Notes: a model not told the origin generated them from the sequence alone. A stretch of DNA of 54,378 bases from Dehalococcoidia bacterium (GCA_030691775.1 JAUYDN010000102.1:1-54378), one strand, 5' to 3'; positions 42,967 through 52,240 are shown, counted from the first letter of the stretch. Program-made: numbers and translations.

Positions 42967-43782
42967 CTACTGCTTATTATCAGGGGTAAAGACCACCGGT
43001 TCTTTTCCCGGGGTAGTTTCAGTCGTTGTTAGCGCCGGGGTTGTTACCTCTTCTCCTTCTTCTGTTTTGATTGGAGTTTGAAGAGCTTTGCCATCGAGCA
43101 CCGCATCCGCCATCCGGTGGCAAATAAGCTTGATAGCACGGATGGCGTCATCATTTGCGGGAACCGGGTAATCAATATCCTCCGGATTGGAGTTGGTATC
43201 CACAACCGCAACAATGGGAATATCAACCCGTCGAGCTTCGGCGATGGCGATACCTTCTTTTACGGTATCGATGATGAACAGCGCCGATGGTAACCGCGTC
43301 ATTTCCTTAATGCCACCGAGCTGTTTGTTCATCCGGGCAATTTCTTCCTCCATATCCAGCGCCTCTTTCTTGGGCAAGCGGGAGAATTCGCCCTTGTCGC
43401 GCTGGTCCTCGAGGCGTACCATGTAATCGATACGCGCCTGGATGGTGGTGAAGTTGGTAAGCGTTCCGCCAATCCAGCGGTTGTTGACGTAAAACATGCC
43501 GCACCGTTTGGCTTCTTCCTCGATAGAGTCGTGGGCTTGTTTCTTGGTGCCGACAAACAGGATGGTGCCACCTTCCGCTACTAGCTCCCGTACGAATTTA
43601 CAGGCTTTATCCAGCATTGTAGCGGTAATCTCAAGATTGATAATGTGGATGCCATCACGCTTGGTATAGATGAAATTTTTCATGCGCGGGTGCCAATGAC
43701 TGGTCTGGTGACCAAAATGGGCACCCGATTCAAGCAGTTCTTTAATAGTCGTTGACGATGGTTGCATTGTGCTTTCTGGCAA
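42967..43782 (-). CDS. rpsB: 30S ribosomal protein S2, 271 aa
   Basis: It has LLESGAHFGHQTSHWHPRM, GIHIINL, FVGTKKQA and a C-terminal acidic extension. The likely start is TTG, 8 nt after GGGAGG. Confidence 0.95.
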   Translation of the reverse strand: MPESTMQPSSTTIKELLESGAHFGHQTSHWHPRMKNFIYTKRDGIHIINLEITATMLDKACKFVRELVAEGGTILFVGTKKQAHDSIEEEAKRCGMFYVNNRWIGGTLTNFTTIQARIDYMVRLEDQRDKGEFSRLPKKEALDMEEEIARMNKQLGGIKEMTRLPSALFIIDTVKEGIAIAEARRVDIPIVAVVDTNSNPEDIDYPVPANDDAIRAIKLICHRMADAVLDGKALQTPIKTEEGEEVTTPALTTTETTPGKEPVVFTPDNKQ

Positions 43783-44297
43783 AAAAGACCTCCCCTGTTT
43801 AACTACAACAAACTATATGATACAGGGAATTAAAGGGGAATTGCAAGCACAACGCACATCACACTCACTCCCCCCACCTCCACAACCCCACCCCGCAAAT
43901 CCGAATATCGAATCACACTTGTCCAAGATAGGTTTTCGGATAGGCGATAGAGGAGAGAACCCACAATATTCACCATTCCGTTGAAGAACGGAATCCAGGA
44001 AGACGTCGGAGCATTCGTGGGCAAGGGCCTCTGGATACCAGCCTTCGCTGGTATGACAAGGTGGGGATGTTCTGTCAGGAGATACGGTAATAGTCCGAGA
44101 GACTTGTTGAGTAAAATTAATGTCTTTTAGTGACCAATACCCCGCCGCTTGCGGCGCGTAAAGCCCCAACGGCGACGTGATACCCCGACGCTTGCGTCGG
44201 GGAGAGTCATTTTGGACAAGACTGATCTCGAAATCCGAAACAACTATTAATTCCGAATATTCAAAACCCCGAATAATTGGAGATTTGGCATTAGACA

Positions 44298-45419
44298 TTA
44301 GATATTATTTTTGAGTATTTCTGCCACGTATTTTGCTATTGCGGGGGAGGAAGTGAGTCCCGGGGATTCGATGCCGATGAGGTCGATAAAGCCGGGTAAA
44401 CCTTTATCCGCTTCGTCCCGGATGATGAAGTCGCGGAAGCCTTCTCCCGGCGCCTGGAGCTTGGGGCGGATGCCGGCGAAGTCCGGGGAAAGGTGCTCGA
44501 GCTGGATAGCAGGCAAATACTTGTGCGCGGCTGTGTAGAAGTTGATTTTGTCCGCTTCATCGACGCTGTAATCGATTGCATCCACGTATTTCACATTCGG
44601 TCCCAGCTTCATATGCCCTTCCAGGTTGACACTGATATGGATGCCCTTGCCCGCCTGCTCCGGCACCGGGTAAATGAGGCGGTCTACCAGGTGCCCCACA
44701 CGCGGGTCGATGGCAAAATATTCGCCTTTCGCAAAGTAGATGCGATAACCTGCCTTTTCGACATCGATGCCTGCCAGCGCCGCGATTTTATCACAATACA
44801 GCCCGGCTGAGTTGATTACTATGGTCGCCGTAAATGAGCTGGCACCGGTTTGCTCTTTCAGGCTGACTTTATAACCACCCGCAACCTTTTCGATACCGGT
44901 CACCTCGGTGTGAGAGACGAATTCGGCGCCGTTTTCCCGGGCACGCCCCAGGTACGACCGCATCAACCCCCACGAATCGAGGATGCCGGTAGAGGGAGAA
45001 AGGAGTCCGGCAACCGCTTCAACTTTCGGCTCCAGCCGTTTAATTTCCGCACGCGTAATCAGTTTCAGGTCGGTAAGACCGTTCCTGACCCCCTGATGAA
45101 ACAAACGCTCGACCTCTTTTGTTTCTTCGTCGTCCGCCGCCACGATGATTTTGCCCAGACGTTTGTAGCCAATCTGGTACTTTTCACAGACCCCATAGAG
45201 CATCGGGTTGCCTTCGACACAGAAACGGGCTTTGAGTGAGTTTTCAGGGTAATATATACCGGTGTGGATGACTTCGCTGTTGTGACTGCTGGTCTCCAGT
45301 CCGAAGGTGCGGTTGCGCTCGATGATGTAAACTCGTCTATCGGGATTGGCAAGTTCGGCAGCGATTGCCAGACCCACCACCCCCGCCCCGATGATGCAGA
45401 TATCTATTTCATTGGGCAA
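44298..45419 (-). CDS. FAD-dependent oxidoreductase (DAO family, L-2-hydroxyglutarate oxidase-like), 373 aa
   Basis: It has the N-terminal dinucleotide fold ICIIGAGVVGLAIAAELA and SSHNSEVIHTGIYYP. Confidence 0.8.
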   Translation of the reverse strand: MPNEIDICIIGAGVVGLAIAAELANPDRRVYIIERNRTFGLETSSHNSEVIHTGIYYPENSLKARFCVEGNPMLYGVCEKYQIGYKRLGKIIVAADDEETKEVERLFHQGVRNGLTDLKLITRAEIKRLEPKVEAVAGLLSPSTGILDSWGLMRSYLGRARENGAEFVSHTEVTGIEKVAGGYKVSLKEQTGASSFTATIVINSAGLYCDKIAALAGIDVEKAGYRIYFAKGEYFAIDPRVGHLVDRLIYPVPEQAGKGIHISVNLEGHMKLGPNVKYVDAIDYSVDEADKINFYTAAHKYLPAIQLEHLSPDFAGIRPKLQAPGEGFRDFIIRDEADKGLPGFIDLIGIESPGLTSSPAIAKYVAEILKNNI

Positions 45420-45453
45420 AGTTTTGTTCCCGATACCAACGACAGTCTACCCC

Positions 45454-45538
45454 GTCGTTGCGAGTCCCGATTCCATTCGGACGCGGCAATCCGACTCGTT
45501 GTCGTTGCGAGTCCCGATTCCATTGGGACGTGGCAATC
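45454..45538 (+). repeat. Two tandem copies (period 47) of a 38-nt hairpin-type repeat
   Basis: GTCGTTGCGAGTCCCGATTCCATT(C/G)GGACG(C/T)GGCAATC occurs at 45454-45491 and 45501-45538. Confidence 0.85.
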
Positions 45539-45662
45539 TCCGGGTGGGGTGAAACGCCAGATTCCCGCCGGAGTTTACCCCGTTCACGGTGAACCGTTCA
45601 GGGTGAACCCGTGCCACGACACGGGGCGGGAATGATAAAAAGGTGATAATATACAAGAACTG

Positions 45663-46310
45663 TTATTTCGCTTCTATCAGGTTCTTGGCCAGCAAAGTTC
45701 CTACCGGGCATCTCTCCACACATTTAAGGCAGGTCTCGCACTTTTTTTCATCGCCGTAAAAAGCCACTTTTGTCTCATGTCCGCGCCCGATGTAATAGAG
45801 CAAACTCTCTCCATGAATCGCCTCGCAGGTGCGGATGCAGATGCCGCACAGAATGCAACGGTTCGGGTCGTAATCGAAGCACCGGTTCATCACATCGATA
45901 GGACGTTTCGCCGGCGGCGGGCGGAGGCGGCGTACCCGTTTCCTATCGATTTTCAGGTGGCTCATTACCGTCTGCAGTTCGCAATGACCGCTCGCCGGAC
46001 AGCCAGCACAACGTTCGTGGTGGTACTTAATAAGCAGTTCCACGGTCGGTCGTACGGCGCGGTCGATTGCTGGACTTTTCGTCTTAATGACCATTCCCCG
46101 AACAACAGGCACACGGCAGGAGGTTATTAATTCCCCATCCGCCATCTCTACCAGGCAAAGCCGGCAGAGTGCCTCCGGTTTCAACCCGGGGCAGTAACAG
46201 AGGTGGGGAATGTATTTGCCGGCGGCGAGGGCGGTTTCAAGAATGGTGTCCCCGCTTTTGGCTTGCACTTCTTTTCCGTCAATATTAATGGTTAATTTAC
46301 TCATTTTCAC
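45663..46310 (-). CDS. Fe-S protein with an N-terminal 2Fe-2S ferredoxin fold and 4Fe-4S motifs (NuoG/HydA N-terminal-like, no catalytic domain), 215 aa
   Basis: It has IPHLCYCPGLKPEALCRLCLVE (2Fe-2S), HHERCAGCPASGHCELQ, and CILCGICIRTCE plus CETCLKCVERCP (4Fe-4S). Confidence 0.8.
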   Translation of the reverse strand: MKMSKLTINIDGKEVQAKSGDTILETALAAGKYIPHLCYCPGLKPEALCRLCLVEMADGELITSCRVPVVRGMVIKTKSPAIDRAVRPTVELLIKYHHERCAGCPASGHCELQTVMSHLKIDRKRVRRLRPPPAKRPIDVMNRCFDYDPNRCILCGICIRTCEAIHGESLLYYIGRGHETKVAFYGDEKKCETCLKCVERCPVGTLLAKNLIEAK

Positions 46311-46316
46311 TCGTAA

Positions 46317-47939
46317 TTACAGGCAATGAGTACACACACCCGCGGGGCAGTGCCCCTCGAAAATGTGGGCTTCGTATTCGTCACGGAAATAACGGATGGT
46401 GCTTAGAACCGGGTTCGGAGCACTCTGACCGAGGGCGCATAGAGAGCTCTCCTTGATTGAGTGCCCCAGTTCCAGCAAAAGGTCGATGTCTCCAGGCTTG
46501 CCCCGCCCCTTGATGATGCTGTCCAGAATATCGAACATCTGCTTGGTGCCGATACGGCAGGGAATGCACTGCCCGCAGGACTCGCGCTGGGTGAAATCGA
46601 GGAAATAGCGGGCGATATCCACCATGCAGGTATCCTGGTCCATCACCACCATCCCGCCCGACCCCATCATCGAGCCGGCAGATGTGAGCGAATCGAAATC
46701 GACGGGCATATTCAGCATCTCAGCCGGCAAACAACCGCCGGAAGGACCCCCGGTCTGTACCGCCTTGAATGCGCGCCCGCCCGGAATTCCCCCGCCGATG
46801 TCAAAGATGATTTCCCGCAGGCGTGTACCCATCACCACTTCGATGAGACCGCTGTTCACGACCTTGCCAGTGAGGGAGAAAATAGCAGTGCCCTTGCTCT
46901 TCTCCGTACCGCGGGATGCGAACCATGCGGCGCCATTATTGATTATCAGGGGAATATTGGCGTAGGTTTTTACGTTGTTGAGCACCGTGGGTTTGCCCCA
47001 TAGCCCGACTTCAGTAGTGCGGGGGCGGGGTAAAGAACGCGGCATGCCGCGCTTGCCTTCAATCGAGAGTACAAGTGCCGTGGACTCCCCACACACGAAC
47101 GCGCCTGCCCCCTGGAAAATCTCCACGTCGAAATTGAATTTGCTCCCGAGGATATTCTTGCCCAGGTAGCCGCGTTGACGCGCCTGCTCGATGGCGACGC
47201 CAAGCCGGTGGACTGCGAACGGATATTCGTTACGCACGTAAGCATAGCCATGGTGCGCGCCGATAGCATACCCGGCAATAATCATCCCCTCGATGACGGA
47301 GTGGGGGTCGCCTTCGAGCACACTGCGGTCCTGGAATGCGCCCGGGTCGCCTTCATCCCCGTTGCAGATAATATACTTCACATTGCCGGGCGACTGTGAG
47401 GCAGCCTCCCATTTACGGCCGGTGGGGAAACCGGCGCCGCCCAGCCCGCGCAGACCGGAATCTTTCACTTCCTTGATAATTTCTTCAGGTTTCATCGCGA
47501 GTGCCTTGCGCAACGCCTTATAGCCACCGGCATCCAGGTAGTCATCGATATTCTCAGGATTGATGACGCCGCAATTACGTAGAACGAGCCGCTGTTGCTT
47601 GTAATAGAACGGTACATCGTGAAAGCTCTTGATGGGTTGGTTGATGACCGTATCGTAATAGAGCAGGCGCTCCACCAACGGTGCTCCTGGTCGAAGCGAA
47701 TGAAGTATATCCGGCACGTCGTTTTGCGTTACTTTTGTGTAAAAGATGCCTTCCGGCTCGATGACCACGAGGGGACCGCGCTGACAAAAACCATGACAGC
47801 CAGTGTGCTTTATTTCTGCGACTGCATTCAGTTTCTGAAGGGTGAGCTCGGCGGATAAAGCTTCCTGTAACTGCCCGGCGCCACCGGAGATACAACCCGT
47901 GCCTTGGCAAACGAGAATCGTGCGGAGTTTTTCAGGCAT
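46317..47939 (-). CDS. NuoF/HydB-like NAD(H)-binding FMN flavoprotein with an N-terminal thioredoxin-like 2Fe-2S domain, 540 aa
   Basis: It has GLRGLGGAGFPTGRKW, NGDEGDPGAF and SCGQCIPCR. ATG 47939 has GGAG upstream and overlaps the NuoE-like stop by 8 nt (ATGCCTGA). Confidence 0.9.
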   Translation of the reverse strand: MPEKLRTILVCQGTGCISGGAGQLQEALSAELTLQKLNAVAEIKHTGCHGFCQRGPLVVIEPEGIFYTKVTQNDVPDILHSLRPGAPLVERLLYYDTVINQPIKSFHDVPFYYKQQRLVLRNCGVINPENIDDYLDAGGYKALRKALAMKPEEIIKEVKDSGLRGLGGAGFPTGRKWEAASQSPGNVKYIICNGDEGDPGAFQDRSVLEGDPHSVIEGMIIAGYAIGAHHGYAYVRNEYPFAVHRLGVAIEQARQRGYLGKNILGSKFNFDVEIFQGAGAFVCGESTALVLSIEGKRGMPRSLPRPRTTEVGLWGKPTVLNNVKTYANIPLIINNGAAWFASRGTEKSKGTAIFSLTGKVVNSGLIEVVMGTRLREIIFDIGGGIPGGRAFKAVQTGGPSGGCLPAEMLNMPVDFDSLTSAGSMMGSGGMVVMDQDTCMVDIARYFLDFTQRESCGQCIPCRIGTKQMFDILDSIIKGRGKPGDIDLLLELGHSIKESSLCALGQSAPNPVLSTIRYFRDEYEAHIFEGHCPAGVCTHCL

Positions 47940-48414
47940 TTTTATCTCCGCGGGAGGAGTCATTGAACAGTTCTTTTGCTGTACGTGGCGTCATCGCACC
48001 ATACACGGCTTTATTGACCGTGATAACCGGCGCCAGCGCACAGCACCCGATGCAGGCGACCGTCTCCAGTGTGTACTCGAGGTCGGCAGAGGTCTCACCT
48101 TCTTTAAGATGAATCGTGTTTTCAATTTCGGTGACAATCTGGGGAGCGCCGCGGATATGGCAGGCAGTGCCACGGCAGACTGTGACCCGCCGTTTGCCGA
48201 TGGGTGTAAGTTGAAAGCGTTTGTAAAAAGAAGCTACCGAATATACCTGTCCGATACGTACATTCAAGAAATCACTCACTTGCCGGACGGAGTTCTCCGG
48301 CAGGTAGCCAAAGCTCTCCTGTATATCCAGCAGGATTGGTACCAGTTTATTGTGTCCTTTACCGTGAGTGGAAAGGATTTCTTTTGTCCCTGTCTCAATC
48401 AGGTTGGCGTCCAT
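47932..48414 (-). CDS. NuoE/HydC-like 2Fe-2S thioredoxin-fold subunit, 160 aa
   Basis: It has LVPILLDIQESFGYLP, VCRGTACHIRG and ETVACIGCCALAPV. Confidence 0.9.
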   Translation of the reverse strand: MDANLIETGTKEILSTHGKGHNKLVPILLDIQESFGYLPENSVRQVSDFLNVRIGQVYSVASFYKRFQLTPIGKRRVTVCRGTACHIRGAPQIVTEIENTIHLKEGETSADLEYTLETVACIGCCALAPVITVNKAVYGAMTPRTAKELFNDSSRGDKNA

Positions 48415-48584
48415 TATGCATCCGCAGATAGCTTGTTTCCGTTATAAACAACATCATACACAGGGAACGGGTTTGAGTGCAAGCGCACGGGAGCTTTCAG
48501 CATTTGGCTTATAGCTTTGATAGCTGACCGTTGAAAGTTAAAATGGGGAAGTCCCCTCCCCCACGCTGGGGCGTTGCCCTAAAT

Positions 48585-48632
48585 GTCATTCTGAGGAGTC
48601 CGACGGAGTCGGACGAACGAAGAATCTCCGAC
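48585..48632 (+). repeat. Member of the GTCATTCTG..GAAGAATCT hairpin-repeat family, inside a larger G/C-armed structured segment (about 48544-48740)
   Basis: The core reads GTCATTCTGAGGAGTCCGACGGAGTCGGACGAACGAAGAATCTCCGAC. The flanking arms both contain CCCCACGCTGG and a GGGGA..TCCCC near-palindrome. Confidence 0.6.
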
Positions 48633-48764
48633 ACTACTCAGTAGGCAGGGAGACCCTTCCCCCGATTTTCATCGGGGGAAGGGTGACAAGGTCACTCGAC
48701 TTTTGAGGCAAAGCCCCACGCTGGAGGAAGGGGACTCCCATTCGCCTTGATTGAGTGTTAAAGG

Positions 48765-50357
48765 TTAGCTGTCAAGGACGGCGAGTGCTTCTTCCCTGTA
48801 AGCATCCATCACGTACGGGATGCTGGTGACCTTGGCGCACTCTTCGGTAAGGGACATCAGCTCTTTGCGGGAGATTGCTGGCACGTTGAAACAGCGGGAG
48901 CCAGCCATCAACTGCTGTAACCCGACCTTGATTTTCTGGCTGTAGCTATAGATACCCACCGCGCCAAGCGGAATGTTCTTCATCTCGTCGGCGCCGACCA
49001 GGTTCTTGACCTCTTCGTAGTTGACAAATATTTCTTCCGGCGTAGAGCCGAACTGGCTGACGGTATTCGGCAGTTTGCCATCCGCAATCCACTGCGCGAT
49101 GTTCTTACCGACCATCCCCGGAATCATCAGCGCGCGGCCCATGCAGATAGCCTTGACGAACGGCGCACCGAGAGCAAGCGCTTTGTAGACGCCGTCTTCA
49201 CTGGAGAAGCCACCGGCGAAAGCCAGGTCGGGTGGACGCTCACCTTTGTCTGCCAGCCGGCGGGCGAAATCATACGCCGCGGCATGAAGGTAAATGGACG
49301 GGATGCCCCACTCCACCATCATGCGCCAGGGACTCATACCCGTGCCCCCGGATGCGCCATCGACGGTGAGCAGGTCGATCTTTGCCCGTGAACCCCACTT
49401 AATCGCCATGGCAAGTTCGCGGAGGCTGTATGCCCCGGTCTTGAGCGTGATGCGCTTGAACCCAATATCCCTGAGTTCCTTGCACCGTGCGTAGAACCCT
49501 TCCTCGTCGATAAAACCAAGGCGGCTGTGGCGTTCGAATTCTTTAATTGCGCCGGCTTTGAAAGACGTCTGGCTGATGGGATTGGACGGGTCCGGGGTCA
49601 CGATGTAGCCACGTTTTTTCAGCTCCAGCGCGCGGTCCAGACTGCCGACTTTGATTTCGCCGCCGATGCTCTTGGCGCCCTGGCCCCATTTCAGCTCGAT
49701 GGTATCCAGCTTATGCTTGCGGAGAACGTACTCGGCGACACCGAGCCGGGAGTCTTCCACGTTGCACTGCACCAGGATTTCACCCATACCGCGGTGATGG
49801 CGGCGGTAAGTCTCGATTCTACGGTCCATATCCGGGGAAGACGTCACTTTTCCCTTTGAATCACGCTCCAATTTGGGGTCGATACCGCAGACGTTCTCGC
49901 CGCAGACCAGCGTGACGCCGCTGATTGCCGCGCCGACGGCGAAGTGCTCCCAGTTCTTGCGGGCAATTTCAGTGGAACCGAGTGCGCCGGTGAAAATGGG
50001 CACACTCATCTTGACTTTTTTGGTCCAGCCGTATTCGGTCTCGGTATTGACGCCGGGGAAAGTAGCGGTATCCGGGTCGCCGACCACGCCGGGGGGTAAG
50101 CCGCGGGCGCCAAGCGCGTAGCCCTGGATATTGAGATGTGAGTAATCGACCGGGTAATCTTTGTCCGCGCCGGCGGTGATTTCACCAAAAGGACCGGGGT
50201 AGATGAGCTCGCGGCCGCGGAAGGTCGCCTTGAACACCTCGCAGTTACCGGTACAGCCGTCAAGACAGCGACTGCACAGGCCGCTCATCGGCACAACACT
50301 GCGCGAGCGGTTGGCGGTCCGGGTTGCATCATTGGCATTGGGTCGTTGCAGATTCAT
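48765..50357 (-). CDS. Glutamate synthase-related protein (GltB FMN/central-domain type) with an N-terminal Cys cluster, 530 aa
   Basis: It has CSRCLDGCTGNCEVF, then a TIM-barrel FMN domain with VDGASGGTGMSPW. GGAGAGGAG lies upstream. Confidence 0.85.
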   Translation of the reverse strand: MNLQRPNANDATRTANRSRSVVPMSGLCSRCLDGCTGNCEVFKATFRGRELIYPGPFGEITAGADKDYPVDYSHLNIQGYALGARGLPPGVVGDPDTATFPGVNTETEYGWTKKVKMSVPIFTGALGSTEIARKNWEHFAVGAAISGVTLVCGENVCGIDPKLERDSKGKVTSSPDMDRRIETYRRHHRGMGEILVQCNVEDSRLGVAEYVLRKHKLDTIELKWGQGAKSIGGEIKVGSLDRALELKKRGYIVTPDPSNPISQTSFKAGAIKEFERHSRLGFIDEEGFYARCKELRDIGFKRITLKTGAYSLRELAMAIKWGSRAKIDLLTVDGASGGTGMSPWRMMVEWGIPSIYLHAAAYDFARRLADKGERPPDLAFAGGFSSEDGVYKALALGAPFVKAICMGRALMIPGMVGKNIAQWIADGKLPNTVSQFGSTPEEIFVNYEEVKNLVGADEMKNIPLGAVGIYSYSQKIKVGLQQLMAGSRCFNVPAISRKELMSLTEECAKVTSIPYVMDAYREEALAVLDS

Positions 50358-50416
50358 ACGTAGTTACTCCTCTCCTGTTGGTTTGTTCTGATATTGTCAG
50401 GGACTGCAAAGCTCCC

Positions 50417-51187
50417 TTATATCCGTACGGGAATGCCTTTTGATTTCAGGTACTGTTTCGCCTGCGGGATGGTGATTTCGCCGAAGTGGAATACGGAGGC
50501 ACAAAGGACAGCGGAGGCTTTAGCGATGGCGATAGCATCGTAGAGGTGTTCCAGCTTGCCCGCGCCGCCGGATGCCGTGACCGGGATACTTACGGCTTCG
50601 GCAACGGCTCCGGTCATCTCCAGGTCATAGCCTGCCTTTGTACCATCGGCATCTTTACTCGTGAGCAATATTTCCGCTGCGCCGAGAGACTCGACTTTCT
50701 TTGCCCAGGCAACGATATCGAGCCCGGTCCCCTCCTCGCCACTCCTCACCACGACCTCAAGTCGCGGCAAACGGTTTCCTACGGGGTTCTTTTTGCCGTC
50801 GATTGCCACCACCAGGTGTTCTCGCCCGAAAGTTTTCACTGCCTGTGAGATGAGTTCCGGGTTCCTGACTGCCGCGGTGTTTATGGAAACCTTATCCACG
50901 CCCATATCGAGCAAGGCTTTCATATCTTCGAGACTGCCGATACCACCACCGACGGCAAACGGAACAGTAGTGACGGCACGGACCCTTTTTACCCACTCCA
51001 GCCGTGTTTTGCGGTTCTGAACGGTAGCGAAAATATCGAGGAATACAAGCTCATCGGCGCCCTGTTTGCAGTAGGCTTGTGCCGCTTCGACCGGGTCGCG
51101 GGCGTCCCTCAGGTTAACGAATTTAATCCCCTTGACCACCCGCCCTTCCCGGATATCCAGGCATGGAATGACCTTGATTTCTTTCAT
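50417..51187 (-). CDS. hisF: Imidazole glycerol phosphate synthase cyclase subunit, 256 aa
   Basis: It has VIPCLDIREGRVVKG, GADELVFLDI, VGGGI, DKVSINTAA, LLTSKDADGTKAGYDL and ASGGAG. It is collinear with HisF, but no hisH or other his genes are adjacent. Confidence 0.9.
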   Translation of the reverse strand: MKEIKVIPCLDIREGRVVKGIKFVNLRDARDPVEAAQAYCKQGADELVFLDIFATVQNRKTRLEWVKRVRAVTTVPFAVGGGIGSLEDMKALLDMGVDKVSINTAAVRNPELISQAVKTFGREHLVVAIDGKKNPVGNRLPRLEVVVRSGEEGTGLDIVAWAKKVESLGAAEILLTSKDADGTKAGYDLEMTGAVAEAVSIPVTASGGAGKLEHLYDAIAIAKASAVLCASVFHFGEITIPQAKQYLKSKGIPVRI

Positions 51188-51206
51188 TGTTGCTCCTTAC
51201 CGGGTG

Positions 51207-52208
51207 TCAAATAAGGTCGCTTATCTTTATCAAGCCCTGGTAGTCCATTACGGTGCTCATCGCGTGGCTCTCAGCTTCGATGCCGCCTTCCTCCGCGGCC
51301 GCCACTGGATTAAGACCGCCGACGAGGATGGCTCCTATCCGGTTGAGTTCGACAGGAATCTCACAAACCGGTTCACTGGCATTACCGAGCAGTAATAATC
51401 CACCCAGTCCTGCCTCCCTGAGTTTAGCGGCAACGTCCTCGACAATCGGACGGCAGAGGGCTGGAATTTCCCGGTAGTTCGCCAGGATTTTACCTTCACC
51501 CCGCCGCGCTACCTCGCCTACGGATGTCATGCGGGCGCGGATGAACACCTCGGAAGGGTCCATTGACGAACCGTTATAATGAATCAACTCCACGAAACGG
51601 GTGGGCTTGTTATCCCTTATCTCCAGAATGCCGCCGAAGCGGGAATCCGTGGGCACGCCGGCTTTAAGAAGTGTGCCGTTGATGACGATACTGCAAACGG
51701 TTGCCAGCGCCACCTTGCCTCGCGGTACAATCGCATCGCCGAAACGCTCACCTTCCCGGGCGGTCGCCACCAGGTCGCTGACACACCAGCCTTTCTCGAA
51801 AGCGGGTTTCATCAGGCGGAGTGCTTCCGCGAATTTTTCTTTGGGGAAATAGGAAATATTGACGGGTATGAGTCCGGTGCGCTTCTCGAGGTCGAAGTTG
51901 GTGCGGAAAGCGAGTAGCTCGATGCGGGAGATGGCAAAACCGACTTTATCCCTGACGAGGGCGCTCTGCAGCTCTTCGATGCCCTGCGCGGTGATGAGAC
52001 GCCCGTCCCTGCCGACGAGTTCCGTCAGACCACGCTCGTCCATCAGCTTCAGGTGGTAGCGGACGGCGCGTTCGCCTAACTCGACGCCGTGGGCTTTTAG
52101 TTTCTGGGCGATAACACGGGCGCCAAGCGGGTCCCTGGAATCACGCAGGATTTTGAGGATGGCGATGACTTTACGTTTGACTTCCTGGGTTTCTGTACCA
52201 ATACTCAT
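51207..52208 (-). CDS. NrpR-like regulator (winged helix plus DUF128 regulatory domains), 333 aa
   Basis: The N-terminal KVIAILKILRDSRDPLGARVIAQKLKAHGVELGERAVRYHLKLMDERGL resembles archaeal nitrogen repressor NrpR. The preferred start is ATG 52208 rather than the TTG at 52226. Confidence 0.65.
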   Translation of the reverse strand: MSIGTETQEVKRKVIAILKILRDSRDPLGARVIAQKLKAHGVELGERAVRYHLKLMDERGLTELVGRDGRLITAQGIEELQSALVRDKVGFAISRIELLAFRTNFDLEKRTGLIPVNISYFPKEKFAEALRLMKPAFEKGWCVSDLVATAREGERFGDAIVPRGKVALATVCSIVINGTLLKAGVPTDSRFGGILEIRDNKPTRFVELIHYNGSSMDPSEVFIRARMTSVGEVARRGEGKILANYREIPALCRPIVEDVAAKLREAGLGGLLLLGNASEPVCEIPVELNRIGAILVGGLNPVAAAEEGGIEAESHAMSTVMDYQGLIKISDLI

Positions 52209-52223
52209 ACTTAAATTATGACA

Positions 52224-52240
52224 CAAACGGCAACCGTTTG
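52224..52240. promoter_or_regulatory. Perfect 7-3-7 palindrome upstream of the NrpR-like gene (operator candidate)
   Basis: CAAACGG-CAA-CCGTTTG lies 16-32 nt upstream of ATG 52208, with AT-rich -10-like sequence just beyond it. Confidence 0.4.

Noticed and set aside
43813-44298. 161-aa minus-strand ORF between the FAD oxidoreductase gene and rpsB, with a TAATG overlap at its start
   Set aside because: - It runs straight through several palindromic repeat units, for example CCCCGACGCTTGCGTCGGGG.
- The product is Cys/Gly/Pro-rich with no family resemblance.
- It covers the likely rpsB promoter (TTGCAA-18-TATCAT near 43817-43846).
- It is most likely a chance open frame.
45454-45538. Possible CRISPR array
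   Set aside because: There are only two repeat copies, the 9-nt spacer is far too short, the repeats are imperfect, and there are no cas genes in the window. It belongs to the hairpin-repeat population.
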